The position numbers were made by a program, and so were the translations under genes. 64,000 bases of DNA from Octopus vulgaris (lineage: Eukaryota). The stretch's first letter is position 1. The number at the start of each line of letters is the position of its first letter. The stretch spans positions 56,048,001 through 56,112,000 of the forward strand of contig OX597827.1 of the NCBI GenBank assembly GCA_951406725.2, given 5' to 3'. Below, piece after piece: positions 1 through 13,719 of the stretch. The notes under the pieces are model-generated. The model ran no database searches, was not told the DNA's origin, and saw nothing but the letters and a program-made list of their open reading frames with translations.

Positions 1-1660
1 AACCATATAATTTCACGTTTCCTGGATTTTAAAATATTTGGTTTCATTAAGTAGGCTGAAGTTATGCGATTTATACGTATGGTAATTCCTAAATGACACA
101 TTATTTATTTGGGCGTTATCCGTAAATGTTTTTTTAAATCTATTTAATTGGTTTATTTAAAGAGGTGGCCATAGTATCAGATTGTGAGTTAGTTCTCGTG
201 AAGAGATTGGAATTTTAATTTTGAGTATTGTATCAGGGATATAGACTAGCTTATCTTTGAAGCCTCTTAATTTTAGAGCTTGATTATCTGTAGCGGCTCG
301 TGTATAGATACTGCAAAACTGCAGCACCCCCTATTTCCACACGATATAATCGATAACAGTCAGTATAATGAGTCCTTTTTTCTTTAATTCTTTCTTTATA
401 CTTGTACATTATATATCCTTAAGATTAATGTCAGTAGATATCTAGTTTATCAAAAAATACAAAAATCCTTGTATAGAACTGTGCGCTTCACAGTTCCAGC
501 GACGTGGTGTTTGGCTGTTGTGCGCATGCTCACATGTCCGAGATAAGAAGCTTCACACTAGGGACAGACAGCACTGTTGTTCACGCAGTGCCGGTGAAAG
601 GTAGTGTTTCTTTTTGACTCTGCGTGTGTTGTACTTAAAAACGTGTTTATTTTCTTGAATGTGATAAAGTGTAGAATTAGATTATTATCCTCCTTCCAGC
701 TTCAGCGTTCTTGTCAGGATTTGAAAAATGGGGAAGATTTTCCCACTTCTTTTATAATTTAGGGATTTTTGAAAAACAAGGGGGAATTCACAGCGATGTT
801 CAGTGAACAAATTAAACACACCACCCAGCAGTGGCTAAAACGCGAACCGATCAAGTTTATGTATGAATATTCTTTGTATATGTTTGTTTCCTTTTACACA
901 AAATTAAAACAACGGCTAAAACATTTTAAAGCAACACCCCAACTAATTTTATCTACGAGCCGCCACTGTTGGTTATAATATGGAGCATGAGTGTTGAATA
1001 TCTACTCATTGGCAGATAAGTTTGAAATTCTAATAGAAATGGCATGTTACCATGCTATTAAGGGTTGATCTAGGATGATTAGAGAGAATATTTAAGTACT
1101 GAAGGGTTTGGTTGGGTCACCTATATGGATGGTGAAGATTACTGTTAAGATTAAGTGTGACATCCAAGAAGTTGGCTACCTTATCCATTTCAAATACAAC
1201 ATTTAAATTAGGATTTAAAAAAAATTTTATCAAAGATTCTTTAGTGCGTCCAATCTCCGGGTGGGATAAATTTTTAGTTGCGAAAAGTGCATCGTCTCTA
1301 TAGAGACCACCGAAGATGTTAGGAAAATATCGCTTTATTTGTGAGAGGAGAAATAAACCCACAAGGTCTCTTATTTGGGCTGAGGCAGATGAGCCCATTG
1401 TTATATCCAAAAAATTTGAGGATGCGTTTCGAGTCCAGTTATTATCATTAAAGTTGACGAGAGTTTTTCTAGCTGCCAAGATTAGGTCTATATCACATGC
1501 AGAAAATGGTTGCATAGTTTCGGGCAAAGGTTAATGCTTTACCCAATAGGATGGGAGATATTGATGCATAAAAATAAGATATATGAAACTGAATGAAATT
1601 AATGTTTGTCGTTGAGGGAGTGAAACCACGTGATTAAAACACCAGTAGAATTCCAAACAA
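1..1660 (-). mobile_element. Degenerate Penelope-like retroelement RT (Naiad/Chlamys-like), split by a hAT element
   Basis: DITMGS...LVGLFLL...GLYRDDAL...NFLDVTLNL...HPYR*PN...SNHP motifs; frame APYYN|QALKLRGF rejoins across the 288-968 insertion. Confidence 0.85.
288..968. mobile_element. Non-autonomous hAT element inserted in the PLE
   Basis: TIRs CTGTAGCGGCTCGT / ACGAGCCGCCACTG; 8-bp TSD TTGATTAT (280-287) / TTGGTTAT (969-976). Confidence 0.8.
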
Positions 1661-2538
1661 AAATATTATATGCATTTATATATATATATGTACACGCACA
1701 CGCACACACACTCAGCTGGGTGGCGTCATTTGAAGGCTAAAACAATGCAAAAGCGCATTGTGACCAGCGATGTGTAACAACATCTGATAGCCTGGTCGGT
1801 CATGTGATGTGTGTGTGTGTGCTGTATGTATAGGCGCCTACGGTGTTTTGTTTTAGCATTGAATTCCGATATAATAGTCTACACCAACTGAAGGTATTTG
1901 TAGAAAATTTCATCAAAAATATCTATTTTCCTGAATGTTATGAAAAAACAAAGCCGGGAGTGCGGGAGGGGGTAGAATACATGCCACTACAAATATATCG
2001 TGTCTTCGTCATGGTTTATAACTTTTTCATGTTGAAGATTGACTGGTTTCGTTGGTGCATTAACAGACGTGTGGATGTGTAAGTGTGTGCGTCTGTAATG
2101 TGTGGGTGTGTGGATGATGATGTGGGTGCTAGAAAGTGGTCAGCGCTTGTGTGTGCGGTATGGTGGTGTGGTGACGTTGGGATGTGGGGGGTGCAGAGAT
2201 ATGATGGTGGGGTGAGGATGTGGGTGTAGGGGTGGGGTATGTGGTGGTGGGATTTGGATGTAATGGGATGTGGATGGAGGGTAACGATGAAGAGAGAATG
2301 TGGGTAGGAGTGAAGAGAGGAACTTGGTGTGAAAGGAGAGAGGAGAGGAGTCAGATAAAGAGGGGAGGGGAGTTGAGCCCATGTGGTGCAAAGGAGCAAA
2401 GAGAGAAGATTAATTTCTGTTCACGGCGAAAGCGGGAGTCCGGATGGCCCCTGTGCAAAGACAATCCAAACACTGACAGGTGTTGTAATGAATGACCGGT
2501 AGAGCGGAAATGGCGCGAGACGAGTGTCGTTGCTGAGA

Positions 2539-3230
2539 CTAATGCCTCGGAGGTGTTCCGCGAACCGATGAATTCTGTAAATGTTGTGCCAATTTGTCAA
2601 GTTTTGCAGTATAGTTCAGTAACTCAACATTGTTTCCGCGATGTAACGATGATTTCTGTTCATTATCTCTGCGAAAAGCAAGTTCTTGTTTAATTAAGAA
2701 ACAAGTAGCAGAAATCAGTTGTTTTAGTATATCTCTGTTCTCTTTAACCTTTTTATTGTGAACTTCAATGCTGACAGACTTCTGTTTACCTAAGAGCAAG
2801 ACGATTCGTGTAGATCCAAATATTTTCAATGATATTTGGCTTTCATAATGTGCTGATCGTTCGTGTTTACTTAAAGTACTGGGCAAATTATTTAAATCAC
2901 AATATCCTTATTTTACCCACACGCTTTCACTAGATACAGAAAATAGCAAACATGGGAAACAAAAGAGCCTTATTGTTATAGTACAGCTTCACAACTACTC
3001 TTTCTTGCTGTACCAAGCAGTTTGAAATGTTCTGATAATTTTTGTCGCTTTCTGTTGTTTTAGGTTCTCAAGTTCTGGTGTTGGTCTACCATTTTTTATA
3101 ATTTGTCTCTTTTCTTCATAAGCTAGTTTTGAAAATGTTTTAAGATAGTCACTATCCATTGCTGGAAAGGGGGAAAATGTAAATAAATGGAAATGAGCTA
3201 AAACTGAAAGTAAAACGAAATAAATAAGCG
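2539..3230 (-). mobile_element. hAT transposase pseudogene fragment (TTF zinc finger / DUF4371, ZMYM1-like)
   Basis: RTFQTAWY...LFCFPCLLF...KHERS.H...NRDILKQLI...QELAFRRDNE.KSSLHRGN motifs, with stop codons. Confidence 0.8.
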
Positions 3231-3361
3231 AAACACAGGCGCATGGCTGAGCTGAAGGTAGATTTACTTCTGTCTTTATAGCGCGTATAGAAAACGGTGT
3301 TGTAGGAGTGTACACGGCACATGTACTACAACAATACTATGCATAGCTTAAATGCTGAGAT

Positions 3362-3401
<40 letters not shown>

Positions 3402-3469
3402 CACACATTTTCTTTTCCTTTATTTTCTTAATCACCCACAGGGGGCTAAACACAGAGGAGATATATATA

Positions 3470-3500
<31 letters not shown>

Positions 3501-6500
3501 ATATATGAGACTGACATACATATATATGTACATGTGTGTGTGTTTGTTAGTGTGTATTTAGTTTATGTCCTTGTAAATTGTTTGGCAAAAGACACCAAAA
3601 GAATAAGTAGTAGATTTCTAAAACAAAACAAAAAAGTCCTGGAGTCGATTTGTTTCAACTACAAGTCTTCAAATCAGTGCTCCAGCATGGCCACAGTCGA
3701 AGTAACAGATGAAAGATAACCAAAATCTAAAGTGGTGAAACTGGTCATTTGCCCCCACCCCCCATCATAATATTTTCTTGCTTTATGCTTGAACAACTAA
3801 ATTTTTTTTTAAGTCAAAAAAACAATAAGAATTGGAATATATTCAGCGTTGAGATTTCCAAGGTCGTATCAAGTGATGACAGCCGAGCAGCCATGAGACA
3901 GAAGGAGAGAAAAAAAAAAAGCCAGTTGTACAGCATACAAGCCATGCAGTGTGTAAAGATTCCGTTGTTTGTTTGTATTTAGGATACTATCAAACGTATA
4001 GGATTTCCAAATTTTGAGTCACAGCAAAGGAGAATGAAAACTGGTTTGTTTGTTTCTTTCTTTCTTTCTTTCTCCCCCCCCCTCTCTGAGGAAAACCCCA
4101 TCCTTGAAAGTCAATACTCCTTGCCTTCCCCGAGAAGTGCTCATGACCTTACGAGTTCTTGAGTACTGAAGACTATTGCTATTTACTCAAAAGGCAGAGG
4201 GTGGCAGGCTGGCAGAATCGTTAGCGAGTTGGACAAATTGCTTAGCGGCATTTCTCCCGTTCTGAGTTCAAATTCCACCGAGGTCAATTTTGTCTTTCAT
4301 CCTTTCAGGCTCGATAAATAAGCACCAGTCGAACCTTGGGATCGACTTAATCGACTAGCACTGTCCCCCAAATTTCAGGCCTTGAGCCTATAATAGAAGG
4401 GAAAAAAAAATTACTCGATGGACATCATTGAAATACCAATGGGGCCTGGAGAAGTGCAGTTTTAAGGCATTGATACACAAGGCAGTTGTCCGGAAACAAC
4501 ATAGATGCCCAATGCTAATCTATAGACCCTTGTAATGCTGTTAAAAGGGACTTGTCTGGCGATATTTTAATAGACAACTGCTGATCATATTGACCTGACG
4601 CTCTTAATTTTAACGAAAAATAAGTAATAAGTTGCATTGACCCAAGCATAGTTCTACTCCAGATCTCTTTAAATTATGTCTTTTAAATTTCCAGTTCCAG
4701 AGCTATTTAGATGTTGTGTGGCTACCAATAAGACAATAACATCATCAACTCACAAACATGTCATTATAAAGCAAGAAAATACAGATGCGTGTCGCTTACA
4801 TCCCATATATGTGTGTTTAATATATCATGGTACTAAGGCGGGGAGCAGGCAGAATCGTTAGCGCGCCGGACAAAATGCTTAGCGGTAGTTCGTCCGTCAT
4901 TACGTTCTAAGTTCAAATTCCGTCGAGGTCGACTTTGCCTTTCATCCCTTCGAGGTCGATTAAATAAGTACCAGTTGAACACTGGAGTCGATGTAATTGA
5001 CTTATCCCCTCTTCTAAAATTTGAAACCAATATATTATGGTACAAAGAAGTTTATGAACAAGGAGAAAACGAATACTCAGTACATGTAGAGTTTTAGCCT
5101 ATTTATTGTAAATTGAAAATTTTGCTAATCGTTACTTTGTGTTTCACGTTTCCCATACTGCCCCCCCCTCCTTTTTTTTTTCATGTACATAAATTTTCCT
5201 AAAAAGCTACGCTTGAATGTCTGAGTCAGTATTGCACTTTCAGATGAGAGTTCGATATACTTATCACTGCGTCCTTGTGTCTGCTAAGTCCAGACACCCA
5301 GTTCTCAAATACCGCAGACCAAATTATAAATAGGCGATGTGAAATGAAGAATCAGTAAGCCTTTAACTGATTTCAAATCTTCTTTCTGAGTACGACATGG
5401 AGGGAGAAACCCTGACTTGTTTCCCGTAGATGAAACTATACTAGATTTCAGTGAATTACAGAACGCAAGATTTCAGTGTATTATAGAACACAAGAATATG
5501 CGCACTGCCCATTCACCTAAGAATAACAAATAAAGATGTACACTAGACATTCCAGGGAAGTGGACACTGGTAAAAACAAACAAACAAACAAAGAACTATT
5601 TACATTGCTCTCTGTCGTTACTCACACGATTTGGAAATGCTATACTTTTGATCTTGGCCTAAAATACAAGCAAACAACGGATTCTTTCCAACACTGCATG
5701 GCTTATATGCTGCATGATTGACTTTTTTTAATCCCCTTCTCTACTTCTACCTCATGGCCACCGCCACCTTCTGTCAGCACTTGATACGACCGAGGAAACA
5801 GTTTTCATTCACCGTTTATTGAACCGCAGTCGTCAAACCTTAGACATTGTCATTCAATATGCTGGTCTCATACACATACATATTCAACCACACACATACA
5901 CACACACATCGACGCACATCCACATCTACTCTCACAGTTATACCTATGCTCACATTTGCGGGCATTTACAAATATGCGTAAAAGAAGGGGAAAAAAAGCA
6001 TTCCCCACTTCTCGCTTTACACACATACACACACGCACACACACACACACACACACGCACGTACGTACGCACATTCATGTATGGTTGTGTGGTAAGAAGT
6101 TAGCTTGCTAACCACATGGTTTTCGGTTCAATTCCATTACGTGGCACCTTGGGTAAGTGTCTTCTACTATAGCCTCGGACCGACCTAATCCTTATGAGTG
6201 GATTTGGTAGTCGGAAACTGAAAGAAGCCCATCATACCATCAGTCTTAGAGGTAAGTCGGTTACGTTGGGGCCCACAATGCTCAGCTGACACTTATTCTG
6301 TCGAGCCCGGAATTCGACCTCGAGAATTTGAACCCAAAATAAAGCCTTAAGTAAACTTTGAGTTGAAATAAAAAATTCTACCTTCAAGACTACTTTTCTT
6401 GATTGGCTCTATAACAAAGGGTACTACTACTACTACTACTAGTACTACTACTACTACTACTACTTTTCAATATTGAACTTGAAACCTTGGGTGTGAAAAA

Positions 6501-6758
6501 GATGAAACTCGAAGATATCGTCAGAAAGGAGGTTGTGACGTCACGTTTCGTTAGTTTTCCCCCCGGATGGCTGCGATCACCAACGCATCACTAGAGAATG
6601 AACTCGCAGATCAAGACATTGCTGGTGAAGGTGGAATAAATTAATGGGTCCAGAATAATTCTCGCATGATGATGCGATAAAGTAACACAAAAACAAAAGT
6701 TTAAAAAATCACAACAGATAACGGGTTTCGATTTTTATCGGATAAGAGAACTGATGAA

Positions 6759-6996
6759 CATTATTTACATTCGGCGGATATTTGTCCTCATCTTGTTTGT
6801 TGTTAACAGAACGTTTCGGCTGATATACCCTCCAGGCTTCTTCAGGTGTCTTGGGGAAATTTCGAACCTGGGTTCTCATTCCTAAGGTATTTTTCGATGT
6901 TATTATTATCATTATTGTTCAGGTCAGTACTTGGAATCGAACTCGGAATCTTGGGATTAGTAGCCCGCGCTCTTAACCACTACGCCATATGCCCGT
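6759..6996 (-). mobile_element. tRNA-derived SINE with internal hammerhead-like motif
   Basis: Head GGGCATATGGCGTAGTGG (A box) ... GAGTTCGATTCC (B box); AACTGATGA duplicated on both flanks (TSD-like). Confidence 0.8.
6805..6850 (-). ncRNA. Degenerate type-I hammerhead ribozyme motif inside the SINE
   Basis: GACAC-CUGAAGA-A-GCCUG..CAGCC-GAAAC-GUU-CUGUU; one C:C mismatch each in stems I and II. Confidence 0.6.
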
Positions 6997-7098
6997 ATAA
7001 CTGATGAGTTAAAAATTGCTTTAAAGACGCCATTTTTTGCCGTATTTTTGTAGATGGAAATTTGCTTCTCCCACCTTTCCCTCTTGTTACGTCACTGT

Positions 7099-7178
<80 letters not shown>

Positions 7179-8807
7179 TACACTCTTTCACACACAAATA
7201 CGGCCACACTGACGGACACAGTCTGGTTCGATTCTGTCTTTTCTCTCCCTCTATCCTTTCTTCTCTCTTTCTCTTCCGGTTTCCTCTTTCATTCGTCTTT
7301 TAATGTATTTATTTTCATTTCTTGTGACGTGTGGTGAGAAGAGTTGGGCCCTTCTTCCTCTGTCGTCTGTCATCGACATTTTTAATCTGTCACTACTTTG
7401 TCATGTAACTAATAGCAAGAGCGAGAGAAATAACAACAAGACCAGCAGCTGTATACCTTACTTTCTTCAAATTTTCTCACCCTGACTTCCTTCCAACTCT
7501 TTTCCCATCGCAACATAGCATTACTTAATCAGTCCCTTCCAATTTTTCTCTTTCTTTTCTTCTTCCTATAAAAGTATGTTGATCATAAAATAATAAGATT
7601 GTACCCTTCCGAATTGAACATAACATAACCGTACCCTATCGCTGTCTTGTGACTAACTTCCGCTGTTCATTATTACCCCAAGCTCCCTCTTATTTTTTCC
7701 TTTTAACTTGCTGTACATTATCACTAGTTACTAACTCATTTGTAAATCAAATCAACGAGAGGACCTCTATGTGGTCGTCCGATCCACTAAAAATATCAGC
7801 CGAATTTCCTTCAAAACACACTCTACAATAGTGTTTCTTATGGGATAGGAAGGAGCTGTGAAGAGTGGAAAGAAGCGGTCAAATTTCCTTTTAACATTCA
7901 AACCAGCCATATTCGTCCCTAAAATATTCTATCTTTTCATATTAAAATCGGTTAGATCCGTCTTTTCACACATACTCTACAATGCCATTCTAAAAAATAA
8001 ACAATCACATCATCAAAATTTCAAAGCTACAAGATAGTGCATGATTAATTCAAAGCAATGTGAATAAATAAGCATTACATTTGGCAATCTAAAGAGTTTA
8101 ATGAAATTAAATTATGTACTATGTACTTTCAGCTTTCTAAACTTGTCTAGCAGTGTGTGGAACAAATAAAAAAATACATGGAAATGCAAACCCTGTTTTG
8201 CTTTCTCATTAGTAAAAGTGGGGGCAGAATTTTACTTATATGGGGTGAAGCCTGGTTTTTGTCAGGGAACTGACGGTCGTAACGTAACACACTAACGTCT
8301 TAAAATCAGCCCTTAATTATAAATGTGAAATCACTAGGACAGATCAAATTCGTTTCGATGTAATTATTCCTTTGCTGATTTTACTTTTTAAAAGTTGTCA
8401 AGGATTTATAAATCAAAATAAAATATTCTTCAGAATGTTTTGACTGTATGCTGTCAATTCAGACAGTGCAGAGCTCCATAGTTTATGATTAAACTCATCT
8501 TGCGTATCGGAGATATTATTTATACGAAATCTATTATGTCCTTTTTGTTATTGGCGTGTTGGGTTGAACGATGACGCAACACAATCGGTGCAAAACCAGG
8601 CTAAATGTAAATAAAACAAGAAATGATTGATATAACAGGCGCAGGCATGGTTGTGTGGTAAGAAGCTTGCTTCCCAATCACATGGTTCAGAGTTCAGTCT
8701 CACTACGTGGCACCTTAGTCGGTAAATATGAAGAATCTTTTCCAACGACAATTTTTAAATTTGTCGTTGGGAAAGATTCTTTTACTTTCGTTCTACCTTC
8801 GTCTGTG

Positions 8808-9193
8808 TGGAGGCGCAATGGCCCAGTGGTTAGGGCAGCGGACTCGCGGTCGTAGGATCGCGGTTTCGATTCCCAGACCGGGCGTTGTGAGTGTTTGTTG
8901 AGCGAAAACACCTAAAGCTCCACGAGGCTCCGGCAGGGGGTGGTGGTGATCCCTGCTGTACTCTTTCACCACAAATTTCTCTCACTCTTTCTTCCTGTTT
9001 CTGTTGTACCTGTATTTCAAAGGGCCGGCCTTGTCACTCTCTGTGTCATGCTGAATATCCCCGAGAACTACGTTAAGGGTACACGTGTCTGTGGAGTGCT
9101 CAGCCACTTACACGTTAATTTCATGAGCAGGCTGTTCCGTTGTTCGGATCAACCGGAACCCTCGTCGTCGGAACCGACGGAGTGCTTCCACAC
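8808..9193 (+). mobile_element. Full-length tRNA-derived SINE (head related to copies at 56175-56470 and 58160-58432)
   Basis: TGGCCCAGTGG A box, GGTTTCGATTCC B box; 13-bp TSD ACCTTCGTCTGTG at 8795-8807 and 9194-9206. Confidence 0.85.
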
Positions 9194-9932
9194 ACCTTCG
9201 TCTGTGACCATCATAAAAATGCGAATGTCTTTGAAATGGTTAGTTTGCCCTAATTTTTATTGTGTTTTTCGTAATCTACACGCCCATTTTACCCTAGCAA
9301 ACTGCTTTAAAAAAAATTGGGAAAGATTTTTCTACCATAGTCTCAAGCCAACCAAAACCTTGTTAATGGATTTGGTAGACGGAAACTGAAAGATCATATG
9401 TACACTTACATCTCCGTAACTTCGCAGTTCAGCAAAAAAGAACCGATAGAATAAGTACCAAGTTTCAACAGAAAATACGCAGTGGGGTCGATCCGTTCGA
9501 CTAAAATTCTTGAAGGCGGTGCTCCTGCCTGGTCACAGTTTAATGACTGAAACAATTAAAAGAATAAATGAATAATCTATGTTTTGTTTAATAAAGAGAA
9601 TAATTTATATGAGGAGCAACTAAAAGACAAAATGACTGAAATTCTTCATTCATTGGAAGGTGATGTTTTCTAGTCAACCATGCCTGGATTTCGGAGTAGT
9701 TTACTGGCGCCATTGTAACAGTTTTATCATTTATCTCTTTTACTTGTTTCAGTCATCGGACTACGGTCCATGCTCTTTCCTGAAGGGTTTAGTCTTGTGT
9801 TTTTCAAGAATATTATTTTTAATTATTGACCCCTTTGATTCCATTTTTTTTTAGTGGACCTTCATAGCCATTCGTTGTTTAAAAAATTCTGGGTACTTTT
9901 TGGTTCTCACCCCCATTAAAAACACAGACACA

Positions 9933-10015
<83 letters not shown>

Positions 10016-10949
10016 ATATATACGACGGGCTTCTTTCAGTTTCAGTCTACCAAATCCACTCACAAGGCCCGAGGCTATAGCAGAAGACACTTGCCAAAGG
10101 TGCGACGTGGTTAGTAAGCAAGCTACTTACTACACAGCCACTCCTGCGCCTATACTTTTTTTTTTTGCGGATCGTGTCGTTCGCGAGAAGTGACTCAACA
10201 GATCTTAGTGTGGTAGCTGCTCTACTAAGTACGTCACTCCAAACGGCAAGTCGAGTCGAATGCAAGCGATCCTTCATACCTAATGTGACGAAAAAAAAAA
10301 AAGCATCTAATTAATTAACCCTTTCTATTATAGGCACAAGGCCTGAATTTTGTGGAGAGGGGAACAGTCATTTACATTGACTCCAGTGTTTCACTGGTAC
10401 TTAATTTATCGAACCCAGAAGAATGAAAGGCAAAGTCAACCACGGCGGAATTTGAACTGGGAACGTTGCGGCAGACGAAATACCTATTTCTTTACTACCC
10501 ACAAATACCTATTTCTTTACTACCCACAGAGAGGACAAACAAAGACATACAAACGGATTAAGTCGATTATATCGACCCCTGTGCGTAACTGGTACTTATT
10601 TAATCTACCCCGAAAAGATGAAAGACAAAGTCGACCTCGGCGGAATTTGAACTCAGAACGTAGCAGCAGACGAAATACTGCTAAGCATTTCGCCCGGCGT
10701 GCTAACGTTTCTGCCAGCTTGCCACCTTAAATTTAATGATTTAATAATACTTATCCGATAAGGAGAAGAAAACATTAGTTCATTCATTAATCCTATTGCT
10801 TTATCTGATTTTGAGCCGTTGTAGAGTATTTTGACATCGGTGACTGAAACATTTTTCTTTTTATATTATTATTATTATTATTAAAAATACTATCATTTCT
10901 AAGTCTCTCTAAAGGAGACTACGGCAGCGGTACTGGATATTAACAGTTA

Positions 10950-11139
10950 TCGCCAAACTAAGCATGGCAGTCCATAAATAAAGGGCAAGTACCCCGAAAC
11001 ATGTCTGCTGATGCCTGACCAGCAAGGGGAAGCGGCTAACCTCCCCTGTTCGAAGGTTATAATGGACACAGGTTCGTGTGTCATATAGCTAGCTAGAGGC
11101 TTTCGTCCCATATTTATGGACTGCCATACTAGCTTGGCG

Positions 11140-11140
<1 letters not shown>
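10950..11140. mobile_element. MITE-like element with ~30-bp TIRs
   Basis: TCGCCAAACTAAGCATGGCAGTCCATAAATA ... TATTTATGGACTGCCATACTAGCTTGGCGA, flanked by TTA on both sides (PIF/Harbinger-like TSD). Confidence 0.65.
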
Positions 11141-11209
<69 letters not shown>

Positions 11210-12058
11210 CGACTTCCTAGTAGTCCCTCTCTAATCTGTAGCACCAGCGAGGGGTTTACCGCGGAAAGTTTTGAACTTTTCTGTTACGAGTGTGTAAGAA
11301 AAGAAAGCAAGGCGGCGAGCTGGTAGATTTGTTACTGCGCTGGAAAAAAAATGCTTAGCGGCATATCTTCCGACTTTACGCCTTGAGTTTAAACGCCGCC
11401 AAGGGTTGACTTTTCCTTTCATCCTTTCGGAGTCGATAAAATAAGCACCACTTGGGCACTGCGGTCGAAATTGCTGGCCTTGTGCCAAAATTTGAAACCA
11501 ATATTATATCATTACTTCTCTAAAAGGAACTGAAGTTGTAGAAATGGTTGGGTGCTGGACTAGATTCCTTGCTACCTTCATTTGCGATATTCATTTGATA
11601 CCATCATTAACTCATCCATGAGATTCTAAACACAGATATTGTCCACACGCAGCCTAACAATTTCACGCTTTTCTTGTCCTGTTTTCGTGAACAGAGTCAT
11701 CGAAAACGTCTATCAATGAAATCGTGACAACTCTAGCGCTGGCGTGTTTAACTTTTTTGAAACTTGATAACTACTATTTATTAATTATTATTATTATTAT
11801 TATTATTATTCTATGTTTGACTTTTGCTTTATATTTGTACAAGTTGGCTCCAAGTCTCACCCAGAGACCTCAAGAGACAACAGGGTTGGAAGTTCATGTT
11901 GTTGTTATGCCTAGTGTGCCATATATTTGGGGGGTGGGGGTGTTGTACTAATGAATGTCTAAAAAAAAGTTTTGTTTTTTTTTTTTTAAACCGAAAATTA
12001 TGTTTGTTTTAAACCTTGAGATTACATAGAAAGTATTTTGCGTAGGATATGAGCAGGA

Positions 12059-12107
<49 letters not shown>

Positions 12108-12134
12108 TGCAAGCTGATTGACAGCCGCTATATA

Positions 12135-12355
12135 CGAGGGTGTGCTGAAAAGTTCCTAGCGTTAAGGACTCGCGAAAGGCCTGGTTGGATTAGAGGGCTC
12201 TCTTTCGGATTTCTTTTACAGGACTTAAAGAAACTGAACGACCGTTGCAATATGTATGTGAATCTGAGAGGGGGATATGTTGAATAAAATCATAATTAAT
12301 TGATCTTGCTGTATTTTCTTTTACTCAAAGCCAGAAACTTTCCTGCACACCCTCG
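12135..12355. mobile_element. Mariner-type MITE
   Basis: TA-CGAGGGTGTGCTGAAAAGTTCCT ... AGAAACTTTCCTGCACACCCTCG-TA. Confidence 0.8.
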
Positions 12356-12524
12356 TAAATGTGCATGTGTGTACACGCACACACTGTCCACTCAACTGTA
12401 AATGAATAATCACGTGACTGATTAGGGAAATGCCGAACCAGCAGGTGGCATCATTCGAAAGCTGCATCAATATGAGGTAGCGAATCGTGTCTAACGGTGT
12501 ATAACAACATCCGATTGTCTAGAC

Positions 12525-12723
12525 TAGTGCTTTTCAAACTTTTTACTGGAGCGGAAGCCCAAGGAAACATTCCACTGGCTCGAGGAACCCGTGCAATAAT
12601 TTAGTTGTCTTATGCACACATATCTGCACAGGAGAATTAAAAATTACTGCCGATTTTAGCAGTTTTGTAACTTCTTGCGGAACCCCTGGACTGTACTGGC
12701 GGAACCCTGGTTGAAAACCACTG
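12525..12723. mobile_element. hAT/Charlie-type MITE
   Basis: TAGTGCTTTTCAA ... TTGAAAACCACTG termini; 8-bp TSD GTCTAGAC / GTCTACAC. Confidence 0.8.
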
Positions 12724-12730
12724 GTCTACA

Positions 12731-12772
<42 letters not shown>

Positions 12773-13719
12773 ATCAAAACAGTTTTATTCAAATTCCGTG
12801 GTACATACTGTAGTTTCCCCGGCACAATCCGCCGGGTCCAGTCTTCACATGTATATGTAGACAAGCCATAGCTGACCGAGGATTAGAGAACCCTCGGCTA
12901 CCCTCGCCATGGTTTAGTCAGCCTGTAGAAGCCGTTGCCCGAGGTGTGACCGCTACTGCATGCAGACAGCTTCGAGGAGCGACAGGCGAGAGCTGGGTGT
13001 CAGGTGAGAACCAACGCGGACGAACTACCTCGGAGACCACCACATGTTCCCCGTTAGAGGCACACACACAGGTACTACAAATGCGACACGCAATTACGTA
13101 ACCAAAGATCGTGCTCAGTAGTAGATTCCACACTCCACTCCAATATCTAGTGTAATACGAAACGGGGCATCGACCTTGTGTTGAATACGAGCCTAAGAAT
13201 AATAATAATAATAGATGCAGTACTTGACACTGGTTCTCATGGCTTCTGATCTTAAGTGATTAACAGTGTTATCATGTACATGTTTTGTCTTGGTATAAAA
13301 ATAGGCTACAGCAAATGTTTTGCTCAATACCACAGATTTGCTTGTTAGTTGTTTGACCGTAACCAGTTGAGCATGTCCCTTAGTGATTGACGATATGTGC
13401 ATCTATGATCACGAGCAGAAGTAGTGGGGAGCATCATAGCCATGTGTTGAGAGGAATTTTGGGGAGTTTGAATAATTCACCTCTGGAAACATGGGTGTTT
13501 CGTTCAACATCCTTAAACAAGTCTTGTTCAAGGACCTTTTGAGCAGGATGGGCTACTCGACCTGAGGAAAAATTCTAACTGGCCCCCACTTCAAGGTCAT
13601 GTGCTGTTTATCACCGTTTTGCGCAACGGTTTTTAAAAAATACTTGATAGCGTTCTGTTTATCATTTATGCAGTCATCAAAATTGTTATAATGTCTTGTT
13701 GTTGAGATAGGTTCTCTTT

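Noticed and set aside
1117-1119. In-frame TGA in the PLE RT as possible selenocysteine
   Set aside because: It falls in the PYR(K)PN motif, not at a Cys position, and the copy has other disabling changes.
6536-6543. Full CRE palindrome TGACGTCA followed by a short ATG frame
   Set aside because: A single 8-mer is expected by chance in 64 kb; no supported gene start nearby.
8808-8885. Apparent tRNA genes here and at 6920-6996, 56400-56470 and 58160-58220
   Set aside because: A/B boxes are present but the acceptor stems do not close; each continues into a SINE body, so they are SINE heads.
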